DNA of 64,000 nucleotides from Owenia fusiformis. Its lineage: Eukaryota. The stretch's first letter is position 1. Each line of letters starts with the position of its first letter. This document shows, in pieces, positions 25,401 through 35,784 of this stretch. The DNA lies in assembly GCA_903813345.2 (NCBI GenBank), contig CAIIXF020000001.1, forward strand, positions 4,402,001 to 4,466,000, written 5' to 3'. Under the pieces are notes generated by a model, which was not told the DNA's origin, ran no database searches, and saw only the letters and a program-made list of their open reading frames with translations. A program made the position numbers and the translations under genes.

Positions 25401-28400
25401 GAGAGGTTACGGTAGGCATCTACTAGAGATTCACTCACCTATAAGTGAAGAATTAAGTAACTGATTATTACATAATACATCAATATTATATATTACATAA
25501 TAATGATAGCCTCGGAAGCTATACTTTCAACATATAGATGATTACAATAGATAAAGCAAACACATTATCATAAAAACCCAAATTTGGTCAGTTACTGTAG
25601 TTAGTTTTAAGTCAAAAGTCCTTTTTTAGGAATTTTTTCAAGATGTAAAAGATACAATAGAAATACATATTATTGTATGGTTTTGGCCAATAAATGGTCG
25701 TAACTGAACTTTGGTTTAGCCATATAATATGATCAATAATATTTATGTGCATGTGGAACTTTTACTGAATCATTTGTCTCAGTTACTCTAGCTCACGTGA
25801 GAGCTAGCAATAGTTTCTGGTGATTTTTTATTTTATTTAATGCTTGTAGCCTGCAAAGTGAGCTCATGGTTTTCTGATATACTAAATGTAGTCTTAATAA
25901 AGGATGATTGGTTTTCTCCTGAATCAATTATTGCTGGAGGCTGTATCTAATTTAATTGTCAGAAAATGACATATAACAAGGATGTTTTACTTACCGGTTT
26001 TGAAGAATAGAATGCAATATTCTCGGCAGAAGTGATGACATTGGGCATTCCAGCAAGATTAAATCCTTCTAAATTTTCTGGGTAGGTGGGGTCCATGAAT
26101 CTCTTTGACACCTAGAATGATATAGATATTGTACTGTAAAATAAGTCATGCTGACTTAAGCATGGGCTTAAGCATAGTCTAGCTGCAAGCCATTGTGGCC
26201 CACCAATTAATTACACAATACCACCACTGGAGGGGGGGGAGTCTAGACTTGAAGCAAGACTAACTGAAAACTGATGGATGGAATGTTTTTATCCTATCCT
26301 ATTCCCCCCCCCCCCTTCTGATTCAAAAGTTAATCATGTGGTGTTTATATTTTATTATGCCATTTTTATTACAATTTATTTTATTGTTATTACAATTTAT
26401 TTCATTGTTTTTATCTCACTTAGAAATAAGGATTTTTGTTGAAATGTTCACTTTATTTACCTTGTTTTTTCATAATTTCTACTCTCAGACTTTTTAGGAA
26501 ATTGTTGCATTTATGTTTTCTTAACCTTGCCCTTTGATACTATAGCAGTACATGCCGAGTACATTTTGGCAAAGTGTTTGTTCAAGGGGATATTGACCTA
26601 GGTTCTAGCCTATAGCATTGAAATATTTCATATCACGTGACAAAACAAACTCCATATAAAGCTTTCAATGAAATTCTGAGAAATCCAAATATAAGCAGTT
26701 CTGAGAAATCTACTGTATCTGAATAAAAAATCGGTCAAATCATTATAAAATATTATTTTATGTCTCCCTTTGCTAAAATATACTTTTGCAATCTATTGTG
26801 CATTAAATTTTTAACAGTCGAGCTACTGATTTATTTAAAATTGAAAGAGAAATGAACACCAGGTATCTTTGTGAAGTAAAAGGCTCATGATCAAGCAACA
26901 TCCAGTTCTGAGAAATGAAACTTGAAATTGCATTATTGATGAATGACTAAGGGCTTCCACCAGTTTATTGTTAAACAAATCTGTCGATTTATGATGAATC
27001 AATGGAATTCTCTGGTTTTGGAAGCTGGTTAGTTGACTACCCCAATATCAAATTACTTTTTCAATTTTACGATTGTTTTTTTAGCAGTTTTGTAAGTTGA
27101 GATGATTTATGTTCTATTTTTGAACAATTTAGAATAGTTTATTTAAATCTGTAATTTATTTAAATCTTCGAGTATAAGGATAAAGGCATAATTATGAATA
27201 ATATCCATGAAATATTTCTCTTTGGAAAATTAATCTGATTTCACAATTATTTTTCCTCTGTTGTAACAAAGAAATACTTTTTCAGAATTTTTTTTGTTGC
27301 ATTTGGCTCCATTGAATTAAGAACATCAAAAAACAATATTGTACTTACATAAAGGGACATCATATGCTGGGTTGAATCCTTAACTCGAACCGATAGGTTG
27401 CCTAGAACCTTCATTGTTTCCGATATTGGCACGGGTGAAGGAGTTGGAACTCCATCCCATGGGTCTTCAGTCACTGCAGCTAGGCTATCTCCACATGGGT
27501 CTGCCCATGGCAATGGGGTCGTTGGATTTCCCATGACAGGACTGAATGTTAGCATCATCAGTAGCACTGATTCAAAGATACATCTAAGGTTGGCTGAAAA
27601 TGAATTTAATTAGATTGAATTCATTTCATAAAGTAGCAAATAGTGAATTCACAAATGAAACAAGTTCTCTTTCGGGAGATTATTGTATGATTTCAAGCTC
27701 ATGTCCTGAGGCATAGTAACTCATTCCTCATATAAAAAGTTTTTGCTAGAGTTAAAAAGTTAATTGCTAGAGTTAAAAAAAGTTAAAAATAAGAAATTAA
27801 TTTTTCAATATTTTTATAAGTCTTACCTTTGAGTTGCATATTTCAAGTCAAATTGTGAAGTTGTTATAATTCTCTGTAGATTTCCTTCTTGTTGAAGTGA
27901 ATTCAGTTGTTGTTGTTTAAGTCTCAAAATTGTGAATGAAAATTACAGAAACATACCTCATTTTATATCATACAGCTTACAGATTTCCTCAGGCTCATTT
28001 TCTGATGGTCATCTTTTTCCAGTTCTTGTTCACCCACACTAGTAACCAGGCACGGAAACTCCAGTTTCAGTTTGTAATGTGTATAGTAATATCACATAAG
28101 TATGTATCACTCAAGGGTTAAATGTCAAGTACTACTCATGTGCCAATCAATACATTAGAGTTCAAATCAATTGTATTAGCTTTTTTGATAACCTTGTCAA
28201 TTTAACTGTCAATTATTTAAAATTCCTCTTACATGTAGATCAAAGGTATAAATATGTTTCATTTCTGGGAATTGAGGGATGGATTAGTCGATATATACAT
28301 AGATACATATACTATACCAAAATTGAACAGGATTTTGATTTATTATAGAGGATTTTATTTATTTAAGGCACCTATATGGTCAAATGCTATATTTGGATTC

Positions 28401-31400
28401 TATATTATGTAGGTGTTATACTGAAACAGTCCACTTAAATTTACCTGCAATTAATAAAAGTCATAGTCACCTGAATATGGTATTGAAACTGAGAAATCAA
28501 TTAATTAATTATTATTATTATTTAATCTTTGTATTATGGCTCTCATATATGATTATTTCTTATAATATATGTGAAAAAATCGTTCTCGACACCCGTGTAT
28601 TAGAACTGCTTGGTTATCATTTTATGAACTACATGTAATATGTTTTTAATATGTATTTGTGAAGCAAATCTGTACTTAGAGCCTATGGGATCGACCAGGA
28701 TTCAGTCCATTGGTCCTTTTATATCTTCTTGTTAGATTATGTAAATTCATTTTTTTTGCAATTGATCTCAAAGGATGATTTGATTTTTTGAAAACTGATT
28801 CTGGAGTTAGATCAGTCCTGTAAAGAAAGGATGAACAGTTGCATGGAAAAAATCATACCTGAACTTTTGAGACCTTATATAAATGTAATTAGAAATGGTA
28901 AAAAGTGTTTAAAGCTGTGACTATTATCTACTCTGTCTTTGATTCCTTACTTTCTCAACTTTACTAAGTTAAATGTCTTGGCTGTATTGACTATGTGTGG
29001 TCCTTATGTCTTTTTTACAAGAAACATATAATTTGTAGGAGCCTTTTTAGAGTTCCTGATAATTCGCAAAACAAGTAAAAACAGGCAAAATTCCTTAAAA
29101 CAACAGGCAATTTCGATAATTGAAAAAATCACTTGTCTACATCTTCTGAGACCACTGCAGTTTGAGTATAGAATGTTGTTTTGGTTAATGTCTTGTTATG
29201 GAAGAAATTGCTATGGTTTCCAACTTTTTGTGGATGGTGTTTGACATTCGACAGTCATCATTCAGCATCTGGCATCAAATGGCAGGTATTTTGCGTGTTA
29301 ATGCCTTATTTTCCTAATGTTGCCATTTGTTCATTTTCCTTGTGATTGTACATACTAGAGTCCCCCTCCCTTGAATAAACATAGCATATAGTACCATAAT
29401 ATGATTAAGCATCTTCCATGTAAAATGTATTCTGATTCAGAGATTACATCTGGAATATCAAGGATATTTCATTTTTCCATTTTGATTCTGAATAATCGTT
29501 ATTTTGTTTACATGACAATAAAATAAATATATGATGTCCTCATTCACGAGGAAGCCCTTAAGGTAGATGACAATGAATGACCCCTCAATAAAAAGGGATG
29601 TACTATCAGCATGAATATATATATTTTTCTTGAATTTTAATCAGTAAAAAATCTTGAGTCTGTAAAAGGATGTAAAGTAAATATATATCTTCATTTACAA
29701 AGAATCTCTTTAGTAAATGACAATGAGTGACCCCTCAATAAAAAGGGATGTACTATCATAAATGTATCCACAATGTCACTTTTTACGAGTAGGATTTCTT
29801 TGAATTATAAGGGACGAGAACCTGATATTTCCTTGTCAAATCAAGTGATCTTATTATTATTTCAGTGTGTATGAAAATACTGCAATCATAATTCAGTCAT
29901 CATTCTGAATGATGACTATCTTAAGAAATAAGATATGATAGCAACACAAATTAAGTTTTAGTAAATATGATCTAAGGGACCTGTACTCTAAAATAGAATA
30001 TTTCATTGCTAAAACATCCTGTATGGAGTAATACTAACAGATTAGTTCTTTTTTGTCTAACCCCCCCCCCCTCCCCCCTAAAGGCAGTGTCTAATGCTAA
30101 TATCAACCCATTCCATGTGGGAACACCCCAAGTATCATATATGAATATGAGATATATTGGTATTTGGCATGGGTGACATATTAGTCACAGGTATGTCTCT
30201 TTAATGATCTGAAATTGAAAAATATATTTCTTTGAGTAATATGCACGTTGACACACTTTATGTAAGTTCATCACAAAACTAGAAGATGAAATATTCTAGA
30301 TTTGTCAGGATCTTGATTTGAAATTGAAAAAAAGATATTTCATTGAGTAATATGCTCATTGAGACACTTTATGTATATTTATTTATTAACTTAAGAAACA
30401 GCAGATAACAGAAGTAAAAAATTGTAGATTTATCAAGATATGAAATCTGAAACAGCATTGTCAAGATGTTAGGTAGACACAATTTGGGATTTTGGACACT
30501 ATCAATTAAATGAGTACATAATCCATATACTCATTCTTCCTTGTGAACAAGGAGTGCCCAAAGTTATCCATACCTTCAGGCTGCATCCACCTACACAAAA
30601 AGCACACTCAAAACACATTGTACAGATATTGGGAGAAACTTATATTTTATATGAATGAAAAAGAAAATGAAAATAAGCAATGAATCAATAATTTGAGATG
30701 AAGGAATCACAGAGACTGAATCAGGCTTTACAGTATATGCCAGCAGCTAGAACAAATATATATACAAGATAGTTTACATTGTAGATTCTTCAATTCCTTT
30801 GTTTTAAAAATTATTAATTGTTTTAATAAATCCATTAGGATTAGTACTTATGAGTGATAAGGCACATCTTTGTTAAAATAAAGGAAAAATTATGAAAATG
30901 AAATAAGTTATAGATTTCAATTTCCTTTATGATAAGGAAATATTAGTAAAGCTGAATTGAATTGAAAATTTGAAAATAATTGAAGTAAACAAAAAGGGGT
31001 TTAGTTGTTAAATGAATTCTAGGTGATAAAAATAACAAAATATTGCTTCTGGGACAAGATCAAACAACTAAATTACATATTCTTTATCCTACCTGTTTTG
31101 TATTTTAACAATCAACACAGGTATATTTCAGCAGATATCGGATAAATTCATAAAAATACTTTTTCGATTGCTAAAATTATCGATTATAAAACCGGAAGTG
31201 CGTTCTGTGACGTCCGCGTGTGGATATTTCAATTATTCAGATTTTGCTGTGGATTCGACTCAAAAATTCACTTTCTCATAATAAAGATGAGCTGAAAGTT
31301 GACTTGAACACCTTTCAATCCCCAGTGTAAATATCGCTTTTCAAGGTTCAATAGGCGACTTTGAATGGACTTTCATGCATAGTTTGAAAATAGAATCACC

Positions 31401-32973
31401 AGAGAAGGTTTTAAACCATGAAATCGACTCTAAAGCCTGAGAAAATGTTTTTTAACCATTTTGTCAGCTGTATGTTACAGTATGCCTTTAAATCCTTAAT
31501 TACAGTCTGTTTGCTCTCACAACTGACCCCTGATTACCATACCAATTTCTAAGATCGCCCTATTTTATATACCAGAGAAAGAAAATCCATAGAATTTTGA
31601 ACAATGTACTGTTTTTTAACCAACATTATATTCGAGGTAATGAACTGGTTATACATAGGTGAACTACCTTGCAAGCAAATAATTACATGAAAATTAATAT
31701 TTTCACCTGAAAGTTAGCAGGTGCTTATTGTCAATGCAAGGATTTCTTTCAAGCTTTGAATTTTAAAAGACATATTTTTTAAGTATTTTTGTGTTAATTA
31801 GAATTAAAATCACATATTCGGGTTAGACCTACACAGCATCTTTAATTTTGATAAAAAAAGCTTCGTAATTTAGGATTTTTGAGGTACAGTATATGTGTTA
31901 CTGTTAACCCTGCTGTAACAGGAACCATCGCCTTTTAAGTAAATATGTTGTCTTATATTTTTCAGCTATGACATCCTACAACCCGGCAATGTTAGCCTTG
32001 AATGAGATGATGAGAGAACAGTTAAGGTTGACTCAGCAATTTATGCAGTCACAAAAATATCTCCATCAATCATTGGCACCATCTATTGACCAGAGTGACT
32101 ACAAATACACCACACTAGAAGATACTAAACAGGTTTGGAAGATTTTTCTTTAGAAATTTATTTATGTCATGAATATAATCTTCCTACATGTATAAAGAAG
32201 AAAGCTCAACATTTGTTAACTTTTGTAATAAAAAAAACACAAAGGGTAACACTTGGAAAACAAATCGATTTAATCTATAGACACTTTGAAAATAAAGCTA
32301 ACGAGAAAATTCAGCACAAAACCCAAAATAAGTTATTTTTGTAAAGATTTAGTTTAAAGATGAATGATTCATAGGATATATCCATTTTTAAGATGAAAAA
32401 GTCAAAATTTCTTTAAGTAGTACACAATTGAAATAGTTTGATAAAAAGATATACATTGTAAGTATTATTGGTGAATTTTGCACTAAACTTGTATAAATGT
32501 ACCTCTTTTGAAGGTGCAAAAGTTCAAATTTCCCTCCATTTTCCATAATTTGGAAATCCGCAGTCAATAAATTTTTGATCGCTCATGACACCCCTGGAAG
32601 TGATTTATCTTTAAAATGTTAAATTTTACATGGGATGATTTTTAACATATATCATATGATATTCATCTTTGAACTTTGGTATTGTTTTTTGGCCCACCTT
32701 GTATGTTTATATATAAGGACATACCACTATTGCAAAGTCTAAATAGACGCCTCAACTTCAGAGAACCATCACTCTAATCAATGATCATTTCCACTGGCCT
32801 ATAAAGTGGAAATGGTTTATTGAAGGGCGCACATTAGGTTGATGAGCTTCCTCACGATGTAAATGTTGCATTGTGTTTTGTAGTATATACGACGTGAGAG
32901 GAAAAAGAGGAAGAAACTGACGTTTGAAGAGGCATTGAAGATGGTTCAACAGGAGATGGATGATAGATATTGA
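7496..32973 (+). CDS. C19orf44: C19orf44-like (DUF4614-domain) protein, 8 coding exons, about 810 aa
   Basis: Exons 7496-7627, 10148-10949, 11378-11547, 11985-12084, 18970-19720, 20296-20516, 31966-32132, 32884-32973; all GT-AG, phases 0,1,0,1,2,1,0 consistent (2433 nt). Long S/D/K-rich region, then [44 protein letters not shown]...YKYTTLEDTKQYIRR...LTFEEAL, which I recognise as the C19orf44/DUF4614 C-terminus. Confidence 0.85.
7721..8107. repeat. Inverted repeat (about 110-bp arms), probable MITE remnant
   Basis: 7721-7830 is approximately the reverse complement of 7997-8107 (gtccatttcactgttt...attgtacatgaatg). A diverged partial copy follows at about 8275-8850. Confidence 0.55.
8313..8754. 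mobile_element. PIF/Harbinger-like MITE
   Basis: TIRs GGCTGTAAGAATTAGATTCT... / ...AGAATCTAATTCTTATGGCC; TTA on both sides (8310-8312, 8755-8757). Confidence 0.65.
11270..11436 (+). repeat. Tandem duplication of the exon 3 acceptor plus its first 59 coding nt
   Basis: atttcag|gtaaatcaggNggcatcaagttaggcagttcattgaagtactctacagatgttgtctta occurs at 11270-11335 and 11371-11436 (1 mismatch). Confidence 0.9.
12956..13021. promoter_or_regulatory. ERSE-like module in intron 4 of the C19orf44-like gene
   Basis: Minus strand CCAAT-N9-CCACC (12974-12956); ATTGG-T-CCACT (12970-12980); plus strand CCAAT-N9-CCAGC (13003-13021). 12954-12984 matches 5820-5850 at 29/31. Confidence 0.5.
13133..16936. mobile_element. 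Academ-like DNA transposon derivative arranged as a 3.8-kb foldback (two transposase 3' halves in inverted orientation)
   Basis: Termini TAGCGGAATCAATTGGTG / CACCAATTGATTCCACTA, 3-bp TAT on both sides. Arms about 13133-14690 and 15160-16936 are reverse complements. Both carry decayed transposase fragments (MFLHVSHG...IRSVDSNVLVIA; ASKACKVIIKCGCTKCDCKGNCKC...CIELCTCKG) that resemble Academ C-termini. Confidence 0.75.
17266..18563. mobile_element. Palindromic non-autonomous TIR element with CAC termini and 5-bp TSD (Transib-type signature), interrupted by a Helentron-like insert
   Basis: TIRs CACTGGTGATCCACTCGATTACGCTGGTTAC / GTAACCAGCGTAATCGAGTGGATCACTAGTG; CACAA at 17261-17265 and 18564-18568; inner arms about 18130-18280 and 18312-18465 are inverted. 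Confidence 0.7.
17323..18126 (+). mobile_element. Helentron/HINE (DINE-1/pearl-like) non-autonomous element, copy 1
   Basis: Subterminal inverted repeat ATCCCATCAAAC...GTTCGATGGGAT, (CCGT)n microsatellite, internal tandem repeats containing AAAATGGCGGCCATTTT, 3' hairpin GCTACGCTTTGGCGTTGC, T-rich insertion site; closely similar copy at 58578-59780. Confidence 0.75.
22243..22668. mobile_element. MITE with CAGATGCGAGT TIRs (intact copy of the element split at 47664-53272)
   Basis: CAGATGCGAGT...ACTCGCATCTG; reverse-complement homology to 47664-47957 joined to 53134-53272. Confidence 0.75.
23435..23994. mobile_element. MITE with about 40-bp TIRs and a 6-bp TSD
   Basis: CCTCGAGGGGTTCACTGTATATAAA... 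/ ...TTTATATACAGTGAACCCCCCGGGG; GGTGTA at 23429-23434 and 23995-24000; internal CCATACCAA repeats. Confidence 0.7.
24398..25096 (-). promoter_or_regulatory. AU-rich 3' UTR of the nested secreted-protein gene, with ARE motifs
   Basis: Extremely A+T-rich; UUAUUUAUU nonamer (plus-strand AATAAATAA, 24710-24718), several AUUUA pentamers, candidate AATAAA at 24403-24398, short tandem repeats at about 24850-24960. Confidence 0.5.
25097..27839 (-). CDS. Secreted 238-aa protein, putative long-chain four-helix cytokine (Unpaired/IL-6-like); nested antisense in intron 6 of the C19orf44-like gene
   Basis: Exons complement(27827-27839, 27349-27593, 25995-26111, 25097-25438), 717 nt; donors gtaaga/gtaagt/gtaagt; phases 1,0,0. 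Signal-peptide-like MQLKANLRCIFESVLLMMLTFSPVMG, PWADPCG, four amphipathic segments, LMCNI, RDVMSVEYRDI...RNRDYIILRD. The gene model is strong; the family call is motif recognition. Confidence 0.8.
27934..27967 (-). promoter_or_regulatory. TATA box plus initiator of the nested gene (TSS about 27937)
   Basis: Minus strand TATAAAA at 27967-27961 and TCATTC (TCAKTY Inr) at 27939-27934; the Inr A lies 30 nt from the first T of TATA, about 100 nt upstream of the ATG. Confidence 0.7.
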
Positions 32974-35784
32974 AAACTCTATTCACTAGTGCCATCTTTA
33001 TGAAAACATTAAATACAGATTTGTATTACTTGAAAATATGTCATTGGAACGTTGACTTTGCATTGATAAATGTATGACCAGCCAACCAGGAGTTCAATGA
33101 TGGTAGAGGTAATGAAGAATTTCAGTTTATCTTCATTATTTATATCATTAGATTCGGACTTCAATATATGGACACTAAAATCACTTTTTGGAGGTCAATT
33201 TTTTTCATGGAGAATGACAGGGTCAATGTATTGGTGATGGGAGGGGGGGGGGTTAAAGTCCATCATATTCTCTTATTGCATGTTGATTTCTAATAGGAAG
33301 GGACTTTTAATTTGATGAAATTGAAAAAAGTTCAATATCATATTGAAGGAGGGATGTTATATATTACATTTTGGACAGATATAAATATATTGGCCTATTC
33401 TTTTGAAAATGTTGGTCCTAGAATATTCTCTGAGTTCCAAAATGTTGCTCAACAACTGTGTCACACAACAAGATGAGCTGTCTTCTTGTAGCAGATTTTA
33501 TGTGATATTTGGTTTCCTCTATTAAGACCCTTTTTATATGATATTATTCATACCATGTGCAGTTAGGTCTTACTTTTTGAAATATGTAACTAGTATTTAT
33601 CTAACAACTTATTGGCAATATGAGTTCCTTGCTTTTATAATCAAGGCACCAATCTGCGTTAATTGTATTATAATCAGTGATGCAACCAAGACACTTGTGT
33701 TCCTGTAAATAGATAATTATTACAAAGGCACCTTGTATCTTCAGAATAGTGTCTTGGTTACAAAAGGGAGGAAATCAAACTGACAAAATATGTGTATGTA
33801 TTTTGTCATGACATGAACAGTAATTACACATTTTCCATCTGCTTTCATTTATGGATAAAATCACATAAGAAATGGGTTAAGATTGAGAAAATGAAATATC
33901 TGCCAAAATCTGCTTCTGGAAAGGCAAATAATCTTGTTACAAAGACATATAGTGTCTTGGCAACACATTGAGAGTTGGTGAATAGAGTGATTGACATTTA
34001 GCATGACTTTTAGTCCAGAAAGAAGAATACTCAACTAATTGAATTGAAAATTGCATCAATGTTTAAACCTGTCTTGTGTGTATATGCCAAGTATATTAGG
34101 GTATCGTCAATAAATTATAACAGGATAACGCATGCTGGCATGCTTTGAATTTAAGCTTGGTGTAAAATTTAGATGACCTTTTTGGTTATTAATGAATTTA
34201 GTTTCCTCATACTGATGATAAAAACAAAATTATCTGTCTTATTTATTGTTTATTATATTACTACATGTTTATGAGCTTCATATGGAATGTATGTAAAATA
34301 ATTGGTGCTATCAGATGTATTAAACTCTCTCAGGGAATAAAACATGAAAAAACATTTAAAAGAGATGATGGATTGTTTTGACATTTGTGTTGGCTGTTAG
34401 AAGTCCAATTTTCAATCCAATTTTCATTCCAATTGTTATATTCTGGAAGTGTGTAGGCATGATATTGTTTTATACAGGGTGTGATACTCATACTAGAAGC
34501 TTCTTTGAGGCATAGAGAGTCATAGCATTTTTACCTAAGGCTATGTAATAATAACACTCAATGACTATTGTGTGTTTACTAAGTTAAACTCTTGAATTAT
34601 TCCCCCTCGGCTTAATTCCACAATTCCATAGATCACTAATGTCACAATCGGAGCCAAGTTGATACCAAATGAGATAGAATTGTGGAAAAAACTAGAATTG
34701 ATGTTGATAAAGAGCATGAGGTTGAACCAGTAGCAGACTGCTGTATATACTACAACACCCAAGCAGACCATGCCACACAGCGAGGTTCATGGGAGGTACC
34801 AGCAGGATTAGAGACTGAAAAAATGAAGCTATTTCTGGTATTAGATAATTTTACATGCAAGTGACCATTGCATGTCAAAGGTGAGTGAACTTTGGACTGA
34901 CAGAATTCAGATCCTATGAATATTCTCTTAAATGTCAATTGGAAGTTTGGTGACAGACGGAAATTCAAATTAATTTGCATGAAAGGAAGATACAAACTGA
35001 AATATTGAGAGTTTGTATTGTGTAAGGGTTTGTACTGTTACCTAACAAAAACAAAGTTGTTCACTTATTTAATTTCCAGTTATTAGAAAGCAATAATTAA
35101 GTTATAATTGAAGGTTAAACTAACCTCAATATCCCTTTACTTTATTACAAAATTAAACATCTAATTAATTAATTGTTATATATTTCACTACTAGTATTTA
35201 ATGTTCATTGACTTTTATTACATTGCCTTGGGTACTATCAGTCTGTCAAACCAATCACTTCAATTTGTTAAACACAGTTGTATTTTAAGTTTACCTAAAA
35301 TTGATCTTACAAAATGCTCAAGATGTATATTAAGTATAAGTAATTTCACCTGTTTGATAATTGTATAAGAACTGTAGAGTTGGTGTCTTAAATGTAACAG
35401 CTTTAAGTTCCATATTGTGGATTACATGTTACCTTTGTATGAAATATGTATTGGAATCCCCCTTTGGCTAAACTTTGACCAACATGGCAATAGGGTCTTT
35501 TTGGGGCACATTGAGGGAGTCTTCTAGAATTTATACATGATGTGTCTATCAATGGCTCTTCTCAGTGGATTATCGCTGCATTTTTGGTAATTTTAACTTC
35601 AACTGATCATTGCAGTGTTCTAAAAGTTTCAACCAATGAACAATTTATTTCCACACAAAAATTGGTTGGTTTTGCTTTCAGACACAATTTCACAAGTTAA
35701 CAATAGAAGACCATATTGCATTGTTTTTCAGGCTGTTGCAGCTTCGCATTGCTCCACATAACGACATCCTGCCAAAAATACCCA

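Noticed and set aside
29564-30375. Short direct duplications upstream of the nested gene (about 29564-29608/29713-29758 and 30209-30262/30319-30373)
   Set aside because: Real, but they look like ordinary local duplications with no supportable function.
34682-34880. 60-codon ORF whose TGA (34862) is in frame with the large ORF after splicing; considered selenocysteine or readthrough
   Set aside because: No recognisable SECIS or selenoprotein motif and only a late ATG; better explained as a 5' UTR exon with a uORF.
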